64,000 nucleotides of DNA from Octopus sinensis (GCF_006345805.1 NC_043007.1:2232001-2296000); one strand, 5' to 3'; shown: positions 37,855 through 50,814, numbered from the stretch's first letter. Notes: generated by a model from the letters alone, not told the origin. A program made the numbers and translations.

Positions 37855-38790
37855 GTACTCTGATTAAAGTGACATTTATTTAAGCAATTGACAGAAAAAT
37901 GATGAGTTAACTCCATCGAGAGTCGAATCCACAAATCGTAGGTACCTCACTTCCCCCCACAACCTTGGGATCCCTCGGAGAGCAACCATTGTAGCTCCCT
38001 TTCTTCCTTTTTCTCCCCTTTTTTCCATGAGTGGTCGCTCTCTCCTCCCCTACCCCCATCTCTCCTTCCGGAGGAGGAGGGGGATGGGGCTCTCCACAAC
38101 TAACTGTTCCAGGACCCTGCTTTGGTCCTGAGGACAGTTCTTTTTAATGTGGCCAAGCTCCAGTCACTGATGACACTTGGGGTCCACAGAGTCAAAACTG
38201 CTTTCGACTACACCCAATCAGCCGCAGGCAGAATTTTAACATTTAAAAGCTTGACTCCGCTGTCACCCAGACCCCGGCGGATAGTGTCTTCCAGCCACTC
38301 GGGCGCCATTCTGGGTAGCAGCCCACACACCCAAGCTCTTGTCAATTTCCTCTCACCATGTGTGGGAAGAAAGAAAATTTTCTCCGCTTCCAGGGGCTGG
38401 CTCGCAAAAATGCGAGCCTCCTCAGGGGTGTCAAATAGCAACCACACCGTTGTATATTTGACACCCCTTCCAATAAATTTAATAGTTGACAGATATTCTG
38501 CCAACTCTTTCTCAATGTCAACTTGAGAGAATACGTCCCCAACACCACCGTTCTCTCATTAAAGTCCTTTATCCACTGCTTCGGGGGCACAATTTCCCAC
38601 TCCAAGGCAGTGCTTTTATATTTTGCCATGCTTGCGAAAAGAAACCACACAGGAAAAATATTCAACAAAAAATTCAAAATGTTCGAATAAAAAGTCCACA
38701 AAAACACAAAAAAAGAACAGAAAGACAGAGCAGAGAAAAAGAAGGAAGGAAGACATTTCCAGGCACGGCAACACAATTCCGTCACTCAGG
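37855..38790 (-). mobile_element. LINE-like element with 5'UTR and decayed gag-like ORF1 (L1/Tx1 type), no ORF2
   Basis: ATG 38629 MAKYKSTALEWEIVPPKQWIKDFNERTVV; TVWLLFDTPEEAR..RAWVCGLLP; CCHC knuckle KCHQ*LELGHIKKNCP (~38125-38178); AATAAA then (TTA)n. Confidence 0.7.
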
Positions 38791-39172
38791 TAATCCTGGT
38801 TCACAGGTAATCCACAGAAAATGGATTTGGTTTGTGCTGACTATCTCCGGAGGCGCGGGATCGGTTGCAAGTGGTAGGTAAATTTGCATTTGCAAATCTA
38901 TAACTTAATGGAATGTTGTGCCGAAAACGGGAATGAGTTCTTTATAATTCTAATCCAGAAACGCGTCCACAACTAACCGAAGACTGTTTGTTTTTGTTAT
39001 TTTCCCTCACTTTTGCATAAGTGAGTTGCAAGTAAATGTTATATGTGGAGCTATATTTGTAGAAATTAGGAATAAGCGGTCTTTGACTGCGATTTCTAAA
39101 TTTTCGGTATGTGGCTAAGCAACTTGTTGTTCAACCCTATATATATATATAGTGGCGTACGTACACTTTGTT

Positions 39173-39237
<65 letters not shown>

Positions 39238-39242
<5 letters not shown>

Positions 39243-39415
39243 CGGCAGGGCCTCCACACAGTTTCCGACTACCATATTACTCACAAGAGATTTATCGTAT
39301 GAGCCGGCCCGAGGTTGTAGCAGAATACACTTGTACAAGGTGTCGCAGAGTGGGACTGAACCTGAAACGACTCGATTTCAGGACCCTAGCTTCTTAACCA
39401 CGCACCTAAGTTTGC
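39238..39415 (-). mobile_element. Old SINE A-type left monomer
   Basis: CAGTTTCCGACTACCA..GGCCCGAGG..GTGGGACTGAACC, strongly diverged. Confidence 0.6.
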
Positions 39416-40347
39416 GGTTATTCATAGACATACACGTAGGAAATAAATTTTTAGATCATTGCCACAAAGAAGCGCAGACACCAGCAAAGAAAATGGTGAA
39501 ATACCATTGAAGAAGAAAAGCAAAAAACTCGGGGAACTGCATACCCTATTTTTATATCTTCGTATGTCCCTGAACAAGACCACAAACCATGTTTAGCGCC
39601 ATAGAGGAAAAAGTCCATCTCACAGCCGACGAACTGATATTTTCCAACTTCCTTAAGTGGTTATTGTTGTCGCAGACAATCACAATTTTATTTTTCAAAC
39701 ATCATTTGTTTTTATCAATTTTTCTAGCATCACAAAACATTGCAGTAGGAATAGAATGTAAAACAATGTAAGAGAATGAGAATATATAGTTTGCGTTTAT
39801 TTACTGAATCAGAAATAGAAAAGTGCACAGATCACCTTAGAGTAAAGTCTGTTATGTATGTTTATTCATATGTAAGTTAAACATATATTTTGAGTAAGAT
39901 GTCTTTCGAGTGTTTTATTTTGTTTACAGATAATTTGTAAATCGATGGTTATGCATATGGTGTATATGTAGTTCGCTCATGTCATTTGCGAGAGTCCCAC
40001 ATTCCGTCGATCTATATACGTGCGAACATAACCGTAGATATTTTCCAATGCTTGTGTTCCTTTAATGATGCTGTGTTTGAAGTTTGGGTATTCGTGTTTA
40101 TACATGAAGACGTGTCTTTTGACCCCTGTAGTAAATAAGGTCTCTATGTATACAATATCTAAGTATTGGCGCTCGTGTGTGTGTGGGAGTGTTATTTTAT
40201 TTGTATGTTTATTTATTTATTGTGGACGTTTCATCCCTGTCGGCTCTATTTCCTTGTTATTATTTCATATGCTATCAACAACCATCGAATCAAATTAAGT
40301 TTTCTGTTGGTTAATGTGGAATAAGACCAGCGAACGCAAGTGTTTTA

Positions 40348-40400
<53 letters not shown>

Positions 40401-40416
40401 GTTATTGTTATTATTA

Positions 40417-40448
<32 letters not shown>

Positions 40449-41612
40449 GTTGTTGTTGTTATTATTGCTTTACTGGTAGAATTTTTGTTATTTAAAACAA
40501 AACGAAACGTGCTTACTATACAAAGAGAACTCATAAGAGAGAAGCAAACAAAGTTATTAGTGACATTTCATGTTTTCTATGCTGGGGCAAAGATCTAAAT
40601 GATTGTGTTCACTGGAGATAATGCAACAAGCTTTTGTGGTGACGTGAAAGTAAGGCCGAATGGTTCGCTAACACCGAACGAGGTTAAAGAAAGTTATGTC
40701 AACAAAGACAACTTTTAAATTGAAAAATAGAGAATATGCAGCATCTGAGGTCGCTATTTGCTGTTCGTGATTATTCTTCTTGTCATTGCTGTAGCTTTCT
40801 CGACTACATCTAAAGCGGGCATCTGTTTATACGATAGTTATTGCACAAACATAGCTGTAACTTTTCCGAGATTATAAGCTAACTGTGAACTAATCCTCTC
40901 CATCTGAGATGTGTATCGTTTCTGACCGAGATAATAAGCAACAAACGCACTCGTTACAAACAGATTCTAAGGCTTTAGTGCAATAATAATACGTTGAAGA
41001 AAGCAATTTTACTTCTGTTTCCCAATAAAACTATTTCATATTGGTATTTGATGTGGATTCTTTGAAATAGAATTTGCAAAGAATTTAGTTGAACGTTCTG
41101 TCTCAAACGTTTGGTCAGCATTTCTGTTAATGCTGTCTTATAAACGACTCTTAAAAATGATATTTTCTTTGGCGCATCTACAACTCATGGCCGGATATTA
41201 TTACACAATGAAGTTATTAACAACGGTGCAATGTGACGCTCAAAATAACAACGGTGCAATTTGAATAGACGCCATTTCACGCTTTTATTTATTTCAGTTA
41301 TTGGACTTGAAAGGATTGGTTAATTAAATTAATCTCAGGACTTATTTCTAAAGTCTCACATTTGTTCCATTGGTCAGTTTAGCCGAGCCGCCCATCTGTA
41401 GGAACGCACACGAACCAACACTGGTTGTCAAGCGTTGCAGAGACAAACGCAAAGTCATACACGCAATGCATAAAAACTCGCCTACTCATAAATTTATATG
41501 TGTATGTATGTATGCATATACGTATATACATGAATGCATGTATGGGTATGTATATACATGTGTATGTGAGTGTATATATACATATATGTATGTGTATATA
41601 CATATATAGGTA

Positions 41613-42006
41613 TACTCTTTTACTTGTTTCAGTCATTTGACTGTGGCCATGCTGGAGCACCGCCTTTAGTCGAGCAAATTGACCCCAGGACTTATTCTTT
41701 GTAAGCCTAGTACTTATTCTATCGGTCTCTTTTGTCGAACCGCTAAGTGACGGGGACGTAAACACACCACAATCGGTTGTCAAGCGATGTTAGGGTGACA
41801 AACACAGACACACACACACACACATATATATATACATATATACGACGGGCTTCTTTCAGTTTCCGCCAACTAAATCTACTCATAAGGCTTTGGTCGGCCC
41901 GCGGCTATAGTAGAAGACACTTGCCCAAGGTGCCACGCAGTGGGACTGAACCCGGAACCATATGGTTCGTAAGCATGCTAATTACCACACAGCCACTCCT
42001 ACGCCT
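41613..42006 (-). mobile_element. SINE family A, full length (decayed partial A module at ~41365-41460)
   Basis: Colinear with other A copies. Confidence 0.9.
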
Positions 42007-42055
42007 ATATCTATATATCTATATCTATATCTATAACTATATATATATATGTATA

Positions 42056-42086
<31 letters not shown>

Positions 42087-42105
42087 ACAAATGTATATAC
42101 AAATG

Positions 42106-42139
<34 letters not shown>

Positions 42140-42670
42140 TTGAGAAATGCGCAAAGCAACTACTACCACAATTTTTAATCTTTCCATTTTACCAATGTGC
42201 TATCGGATCATCAACACAAACTAGACTAAACAAGGAAACATTCTTCATTGAAAAGTACAAGCCCAGACTTAACCATTCCAACATACTTATACAGAGAAAT
42301 TCACCCCAAAGGAAAGGAAAAAAATTTAAGCGATTATCTCCCTTACACCGGAAGAAATCACTTATTACCTCCCATTATTTAGAACTCTTTTCAACATAAA
42401 CATAACGATAACTCTTCTCAACATAAACATAACGACGTAAGAAATTTGAAAAGCTAAACGCGAAACCGGTCTTTCTTCTAAATTATGTCATTGTAAGAAA
42501 AAAAATTTATAATATTCTTCAGACATATTGACTTAAATATATATTCTTTAACCTTTTAAAACAAGCCTTCTGTAGTTTTTTCACTTTTTACTATTTTCTA
42601 TATATTCAACCACGTGCTTTCACAAACCAACTTTCTTATCTATATATACATATATACACACACATATATA

Positions 42671-42701
<31 letters not shown>

Positions 42702-42798
42702 AGATATATGTATATATATATAGATATAGATATAGTTATATATATATATATGTATATATATGTGTGTGTGTATATATATACATACAAACATACATACA

Positions 42799-42849
<51 letters not shown>

Positions 42850-43591
42850 GTATACATACACACACACACGCATATATATATATATATATATATATTAAGG
42901 TAAGATATAAGGATCAAGATGTAGGAAGTTATTTTCTTCTGGGCGTAGATGAGATGTTTTGCGCCAGTTGTGAAGCCTGTTATATGAACAATTTCTCATG
43001 TTTTAAAATCTGTCAGAGTCAGTTGTTTGTATTATATACAAACGGAAACGTTTTAGTTATTTTCATAGTCGAGCTATTAAAACGATCTATTTTCGCTACC
43101 CCGAAAAATTCTAAATATAGGGTAAAAATTATATATCTATTTTTTACCAGTGGCCAGCCTGAGTAAAAATGTCCGTAGACTACAAATATCATTATATTAT
43201 ATGTGTGTTTAAGCGTTACACACTAGGGGAAAGCCATGAAGTAGTTTTCCATCTCGCTAGAAATGGGCGCTGTTTGTGGGACTTTTTGAACTCAATTCCT
43301 CGACTTAAAGATAAAAACTCTGTATGCTGTATGTTTTGTTTGACGCGGTATGTATTCGAGTTTTTGTATTTATATATCAATAGCGATTCTCGCTGATGAG
43401 ACATAGATAAGCACTGATTGATTAATTAATTAATTAGTGTATTTAATCGTTAAGGGCGAAACTTCGAACTACGGGAATGACTAATCATTTTTGAATTCTC
43501 TCAAATTGTCCTGCCCACCTTCAGTCAACGCGCCAGATGACACTCGGTATAGGTTTCGGACTTAAGGGGAAAGATCATTGACTGTTAAAAC

Positions 43592-43740
43592 CTTGATATT
43601 GTTAAGGCGTTTGACAAGACTGATCATGGAATCATCTGTCATAATTTAAGAAATCTTGGTATCACAGGAAAAGTCGGACAATGGTACTTTAACTCCCTAT
43701 ATAGTAGGAGTCAACCTATTACTGCAAATAGATTTCTCTG
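43592..43740 (+). mobile_element. CR1-group RT fragment
   Basis: LDIVKAFDKTDHGIICHNLRNLGITGKVGQWYFNSLYSRSQ (LDxxKAFDxVxH..GI.G..W motif). Confidence 0.75.
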
Positions 43741-43874
43741 AATGTGTCTATTGGTTTAGGTTAAATCATCATGCTTATTTAAAGTATATTGGTTAAATAT
43801 GAACGCAGGTAAAATTCTGCTATAGATATTCAATTACTGTTCAACACAGCAAGCAAGCAAGCCATATGCAGTTC

Positions 43875-43974
<100 letters not shown>

Positions 43975-44000
43975 GTGTGTGTGTGTGTGTGTGTGTGTGC

Positions 44001-44032
<32 letters not shown>

Positions 44033-44045
44033 CTGTGTGTGTGTA

Positions 44046-44233
44046 GGGAGAGTTCATGAAAAAATAAAAAACGAAGACAGGTGGTGTACAAAACAAACAG
44101 ATGTATTAGTATAACGCTCAGGAATTGAAAAAGTCTTTTTCGCTTCGAGCCTACACTCTTCTACAGAAACGGACACAGAAAAAAAACAAGGAGAGAAAAA
44201 ATGTGTGTAGTGGCTACCCATCCATCATGGCGA

Positions 44234-44235
<2 letters not shown>
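44046..44235 (-). mobile_element. Possible Penelope pLTR remnant with decayed hammerhead-like core
   Basis: Minus: TTT-CTGTAGAA-GAGT-GTAG-GCTC-GAAGCG-AAAAAG at 44169-44135. Confidence 0.35.
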
Positions 44236-44281
<46 letters not shown>

Positions 44282-45059
44282 CACACACACGAGGGGCTTC
44301 CATATTTGCCGTTAACCAAATTCGCTCACAAATCATTGGGCGACCCAGAGAAATAGAAGTCACTTCCTCATGGTGTTACACAATAGGACTGAACTAGAAA
44401 CCTCGTAGTTTCCAGGTGTACTTTTTCACTATACAGAAATTTACATGTATTTCAGAAATTTACATGTATTTCCAAAATATCTACTTAAAGGTCTTCAACC
44501 AAAACACAAATGCGAAAACACACAACAAAAGTACCAACGAAAGCTCAGAAGTCTAGTTGCCCTCCGGAGTAGCGAAAATAGATCGTTTTAATAGCTCGAC
44601 TATGAAAATAACTAAAACGTTTCCGTTTGTATATAATACAAACAAGTGATTCTGATATATTTTAAAGCATGAGAAATAGTGCATATAACAGGCTTCACAA
44701 CTGGTGCAAAACATCTCATCTACGACCAGAAGAAAAATAAAATTCATAAGAGATTATAAGTGACATTTTATACACAAAATGAAAATATCGACAAGTAATC
44801 AACTTCTGAAATTGTAAATGGTTTTAATATTTCTCTTGAACAAGTTCAACTTTATAAATAATTTTGATCTACGTGAAGTCTCTTATGAAGTATATTTTAT
44901 TCATTACGATATTTAAAACTATAAATATTTTCCGAGGTTGTCTATGTATGTGCTACGTGTGTGTGTGTGTGCGTTTGTGTGCGTAACTGCGTATGTATGT
45001 GCATGTATGAGTGTATCAGAATCTCCACGCAAATTCAATGTTCAATAAGGTTAAACATG

Positions 45060-45068
45060 AATACAAGA

Positions 45069-45102
<34 letters not shown>

Positions 45103-45271
45103 TTAATAATAATAACAATAATAATAATAATATAATAATAATGATAATAATAATAATAATATTAATAATGATAATAATAATAATAATAACAATAATAATA
45201 ATAATAATAATAATAACAATAATAATAATAATAATAACAATAATAATAATAATAATAACAATAATAATAAT

Positions 45272-45315
<44 letters not shown>

Positions 45316-45335
45316 AACATAATATAATAATAATA

Positions 45336-45406
<71 letters not shown>

Positions 45407-45470
45407 TTAATAATGATTAATAATAATAATAATAATAATAATGATAATAATAATAATAATAATAATAATA

Positions 45471-45503
<33 letters not shown>

Positions 45504-45541
45504 TAATAATAATGATAATAATAATATAATAATAATAATAA

Positions 45542-45576
<35 letters not shown>

Positions 45577-45655
45577 TAATAATTGGCATCCTTTCTGTCT
45601 CGGGAGACAATGGAGTTGCGCATTTTTTTTTTTGATAATAATAATAATAATAATG

Positions 45656-45719
<64 letters not shown>

Positions 45720-45725
45720 TCCATT
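45060..45725. repeat. ~660-bp (TAA)n tract with interruptions
   Basis: Direct reading. Confidence 0.95.
45584..45622 (-). mobile_element. 39-bp extreme 3' end of an RTE-type LINE
   Basis: Minus: TCCATTGTCTCCCGAGACAGAAAGGATGCCA + (ATT)n; TGTCTC/GAGACA hairpin. Confidence 0.6.
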
Positions 45726-45727
45726 TT

Positions 45728-45920
45728 AATACAGGTACAAGGCCTCAAAGTCTGTGGAGGGGAGGGGTGGTAGTCGACTGCATCGATCCCAGCGTTCAGC
45801 TGGTACTCATTTCATAGTAAAAGTCGATCACGGTGGTACTTGAACTTGGAACGTAAAGACGGACGAAACGTCGCTCAGCATTTTGGCCACCGTGCTAACG
45901 ATTCTACCAGCTCACTGCTT
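45728..45920 (-). mobile_element. Old SINE B variant with alternative 3' end
   Basis: B head/core plus ..AGGCCTTGTACCTG.. end; similar copy at 46152-46330. Confidence 0.65.
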
Positions 45921-45921
45921 G

Positions 45922-45991
<70 letters not shown>

Positions 45992-46080
45992 TGTTGCTGC
46001 ACCTGCTACTGCTACTACTACTACTACTACTACTAATAATAATAATAATACTGCTGCTGCTGCTGCTGTTGCTGCACCTG

Positions 46081-46125
<45 letters not shown>

Positions 46126-46151
46126 ATAATAATAATAATAATAATAATGAT

Positions 46152-46330
46152 CCTTTCTACTAGAGGCACAAGGCCTCAGGTTTGGGGAGGCAGTGGGGTA
46201 GTCGATTACGTGCACCCCAGTTTTTTTCACTGGTACTTAATTTATTGACCCCCGAAATGATAAAAAGCAAAGTCGACTTAGGAGGAATTTGAAGTCAGAA
46301 CGTAGCGAGGAGCGGGACACCGCTAAGCAT
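46152..46330 (-). mobile_element. Old SINE B variant, 5'-truncated
   Basis: AAAGTCGACTTAGGAGGAATTTGAAGTCAGAACG; AGGCACAAGGCCT end. Confidence 0.65.
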
Positions 46331-46349
46331 AATGATAATGATAATAATA

Positions 46350-46898
46350 GATGCAGTACCAGACAGTGGCTCTCAAGGCTTCTGACCTTAACTGATTGGA
46401 AGTGTTATCATGTACATTGTTATGTCTTGGTATAAACGCTGGGCTACAGCAAATATTCTGCTCAATACCACAGATTTGCTTGTCAGTTGTTTGACCTTAA
46501 CCAGTTGAGCATGTCCCTTTGTGGCTGACGATATGTGCATCTCTGATCATGAGCAGAAGTAGTGGGGGAGCATCATAGCCATGTGTTGAGAGGGATTCTT
46601 TGGGGTTTGGATAATTCACCTCTGAAAATATGAGTGTTTCGTTCAATATCCTCAAACAACCCTTATTCGGGGATCTTTTGAGTTGTATGGATTACTCGAT
46701 CAGAAGAAAATTCTAACTGGGCCCCACCTGCGAGGTCATGCGCTGTTTATCTTGATATGAGATCACCACATCGCGCACATATGGTTGTGATGCATGTGCC
46801 TGGTGTACCCTTATCAGACGGGTAGTCATGATGGGTATATTGGGCTTCGTATATTTTATCCCAGTGTCATTTCAATGGCATGCACTGCTCTCTCATTC
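46350..46898 (+). mobile_element. Element E: ~550-bp non-coding (TAA)-tailed interspersed element
   Basis: Colinear with 55881-56434 (opposite strand) over full length; stops in the frame read and no listed ORF spans it; no A/B boxes seen. Confidence 0.85.
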
Positions 46899-46964
<66 letters not shown>

Positions 46965-46966
<2 letters not shown>

Positions 46967-47325
46967 TGTATCAATACCGGCAGATGACAACGTGTCTCTA
47001 AAAGAAATGGAGAAACTTTCAAAATACAAAGACCTGGAAATAGAGGTAACTAGAATGTGGAATCTAAAAACAGAAACAATTCCTATCATAGTAGGTGCAT
47101 TAGGCATGATAAAAAAGTATTCAGACAAATACATAACAAAAACACCAGGACTTACAAACACATATAACATACAGAAAATTGCACTACTAGGCACTGCGCA
47201 CATCCTACGCAGAACACTTTCCATACAATAACCATCAGAGCATCACAACAAATCACAGGACATACCCAAGGCACACAGAGCTGTGCTCGGTAGTGAAGTG
47301 AAAGCACGCTATAAAAATAAAACTA

Positions 47326-47328
<3 letters not shown>
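46965..47328 (+). mobile_element. R4/Dong-type retrotransposon 3' fragment (subfamily 1)
   Basis: DVSIPADDNVSLKEMEKLSKYKDLEIEVTRMWNLKTETIPIIVGALG..IQKIALLGTAHILRRTLSIQ*; flanked by (TAA)n. Confidence 0.9.
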
Positions 47329-47396
<68 letters not shown>

Positions 47397-48203
47397 CAAC
47401 AACAACAATACCAATAAAAATAATAATAATAATAATGATGATGGTGATGAGTAAGCAAGCGTTGCAGCGGTCACATATATTTTCCCGGTATTTCGCCCAA
47501 ATTCTTTTCTTTTGTTACCCTCGATCTTTTCAAAGAGCCGAAATGTCGAGTTTAAATCCTGAGGAGAGAATTGCAGCCGCAGATGTTATCAATAACTGTC
47601 TGCTAACTAACTACTACTGCTACTACACACAGACAGGTCAACAAAGCTAGCAATTGTCAGTCCCTTCACTACGACTACAGGGGGCAGCTCAGACAAAGAA
47701 TACGACAACAACAACAACAACAATGAAATCAGCAACACAGGAAGTAACTATAATAAAACTGATAATCACAATCTGCCAACCCCTGCTATCCTTCTTCTGT
47801 GATTACAGAACCAGAACGTAGTCTAGCCAGAACAAAAACAAAGCCAACATCAACGTTGTTACCATGGCTACAGAAAGTAGCGACACGGACAAAAAGTCAT
47901 AGAAATAATAATGATAATGAAAGTGACTGGTTTCATTTAATTTTTTCTTCATTTCCTAAGCTTATCCACCGGAAAAGATTACAAGTTAGCAATGGATTAT
48001 TTGACAGTTCATTCGGCATAATAGAAAAAAAAAAGTTAAATTCTCTTTCTATTCGCACCTAACATCTAAGACAAAGGATACAATGCATAATATATTTCTC
48101 TATGCAGCACTCTTTGTGAAAAGTTGAAGGAATTAGCGCCACCCCTGCCATGCATTTGCCGGTGTAACCTCTGCGTTTATAGGAGTCCTGCGGGAACTTA
48201 CAC

Positions 48204-48263
48204 TGGGTAACGTAGCATCCTAAGTCTTGGCCTTGGGTAACGTAGCATCCTAAGTCTTGGCCT
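48204..48263. repeat. 30-bp exact tandem duplication
   Basis: TGGGTAACGTAGCATCCTAAGTCTTGGCCT x2. Confidence 0.9.
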
Positions 48264-48303
48264 TCGACTAAGTTGGAGCTGGTGTTATAAATGGGGTGAC
48301 CGG

Positions 48304-48700
48304 AGGTGCAGGAGTGGCTGTGTAGTAAGTAGCTTGCTTACCAACTACATGGTTCCGGGTTCAGTCCCACTGCGTGGAACCTTGGGCAAGTATTTTCTAC
48401 TATAGCCTCGGGCCGACAAAAGACTTGTGAGTGGATTTGGTAGACGGAAACTGAAAGAAGCCCGTCGTATATATATGCGTGTGCGTGTTTGTGTGTCTGT
48501 GTTTGTCCCCCTAGCATTGCTTGACAACCGATGCTGGTGTGTTTATGTCGCCGTCACTTAGCGGTTCGGCAAAAGAGACCGATAGAATAAGTACTCGGCT
48601 TACAAAAGAATAAGTCCCGAGGTCGAGTTGCTCGATTAAAGGCGGTGCTCCAGCATGACCGCAGTCAAATGACTGAAACAAGTAAAAGAGTAAAAGAGTA
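48304..48700 (+). mobile_element. SINE family A, full length
   Basis: Colinear with other A copies. Confidence 0.9.
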
Positions 48701-48787
48701 TACATGAAAATCTCAGTTAAACATATTCGAGGAGCAAATCTTGAAGAAAATCACTCACATTCGTTGCAATGATGGTAAGTAATACCC

Positions 48788-49019
48788 ATTTCTTTACTAC
48801 CCACAAGAGGCTAAACACAGAGAGGACAAACAAGGACAGACAAACGGATTAAGTCGATTATATCGACGCCAGTGCGTAACTGGTACGTATTTAATCGACC
48901 CCGAAAGGATGAAAGTCAAAGTCGACCTCGGCGGAATTTGAACTCAGAACGTAACGGCAGACGAAATACCACTAAGCATTTCGCTCGGCGTGCTGAAGTT
49001 TCTGCCAGCTCGCCGCCTT
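48788..49019 (-). mobile_element. SINE family B with 18-bp TSD
   Basis: CAATGATGGTAAGTAATA at 48767-48784 and 49020-49037. Confidence 0.93.
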
Positions 49020-50814
49020 CAATGATGGTAAGTAATATCTTTCTACATAACGGAGTGAACGAGGAGACTTCCTTGAGTGCCAACGACACTGGAGTGCCAC
49101 ACTCGACAGGGGCCATTCTTAGAACAATGGAATGGAACACAAGACTCCACCCAATCGCGGTCGTTTTACTTTCAAATGCAAGTGGCCTGCCGATACAAGC
49201 AAAAAAGTAATTAAGTGCCAGGAGGGGCCTGGCTAGACAAGAGCTGTGGTAAATGTAATGCTGTCGGAAAAAGAGCTCTAGAACTTTGGAACCAGCAAGG
49301 TATGCTCCAGATTATTGAAAATGAACTTATGATTCACATCAGAATGGTTCGGAATACAGTTGTTCTTGATGAAACCCAAAATTTGGATAATCAAGAAAAG
49401 CCCGTGTAATGATTGAAGATCAACGGATGAATAGGCAAGGTGAAGGTGTTGTAGAAAAGAGGAACTTTCATGGAGGAATGGGAAAGGATCAGGGTAATGT
49501 AGAGGACCCTATATTACCAGAGGGTATAACTGAAGAACAGAGGAATCGACTAAGACTCGAAGAAACTATCATTACAAGAACAGAGACCGAACCGTTCAAT
49601 TTGAGATGCTTCGACTGTGATTGTGTGAAACGAGTGACTCAAAAAGTTGCTGGGGAGATTTATCGGAAACAAGGGATTTGATTAGACTCGCTTCGATTTT
49701 AGTTGGTGAACTGTTTGGAAAAAACGGAGGTAAAAAGGCGGACAGAAGAAGCCATAGTGGTAGCGAAGAATCGAAACCTTGCATAAAGTCCCATTGAAGG
49801 GTAGTGGCTCACTGACTCGATGTATCTTCTCGTTTCTGTATAATACTATATTAACGCATTAAACACTCATTCTCCGTTTGCTTAACGCCGAGAAACGTGG
49901 TATGTAGTATCCACCTCAGCAGAATGAAGTGTAAACCGAAGACCAGAGAGATATCAATTTGCTTCAGGTACAGGCATCTTCGTTGCTCTTTTTATAGTCA
50001 AGAATGTAATTAAGAAAGCAAAAGAACTTCTCTAATACTTCAGCTCGACCAGTTTTAAGGCTTCAAAGTTAGTGTGAATTATCTATAAATTATCTGTAGA
50101 AGAGCTATAAAGAACATACGTAGATATTTTAATACTATTAAAAACATACTTGTTCTGTCATGATTTCCTTCGGGCTTTCTAAGGAATGTGCAAAATATAA
50201 AATGTCTTTGTTCGGATAACTAAAAAGGAGAGCCAAGTCTCTACAATGCTGCAAAAATTGACTGATGCCTACGCATACACGCACACACACATATTCACTC
50301 ATACTCTGAGAGAAATTTCCACGAATTCATATTTGCAGTGATAGATGTCAGCATCTACTTCATTTTCGAGAGCGGTCGGGTTCATTTTTAGTATTCTCGT
50401 TTGTGAGAGCAGTCGAGTTTATTTCAAATATTCTCGTTTTAAAAATCATCTCCGTCTAATTGTTGAGAGGACGTTCGTATTGCCTTGGCGGAGGTTTGCG
50501 CTCTCTGAGTGCTTTTGTTACTTATATTTAAATTTTTACAATCGCAATGTTCTTTAGGTATTTTGTGTATCTAAACTTACAGGCACATGCAAACGCACAT
50601 GCACCCATGCACACATATATATGACTATACACACACATATTCTCACATAAGCACTCACGAATACATACACACACATACAATCTAATTTCACCGCTCCACT
50701 TTTATATCATAACACTAAAACACGCCCGCATATTTTAATGGTTCTCAACTGAGATTGTTTATTACTAACCAAAAAGAAAAGCATAGCCGTCACTCACAAG
50801 CGATTATGAACTGG

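Noticed and set aside
46350-46450. HDV-like ribozyme at the 5' end of element E
   Set aside because: Could not identify the P1/P1.1/P3-L3/J4-2 pattern by eye on either strand.
47543-47605. MSSLNPEERIAAADVINNCLL resembling kinase subdomain XI or a BESS-like motif
   Set aside because: Too short, no supporting neighbouring motifs or clear splice sites.
49350-49395. VVLDETQNLD resembling a PhoH/helicase Walker B
   Set aside because: No Walker A or other motif nearby; likely chance.
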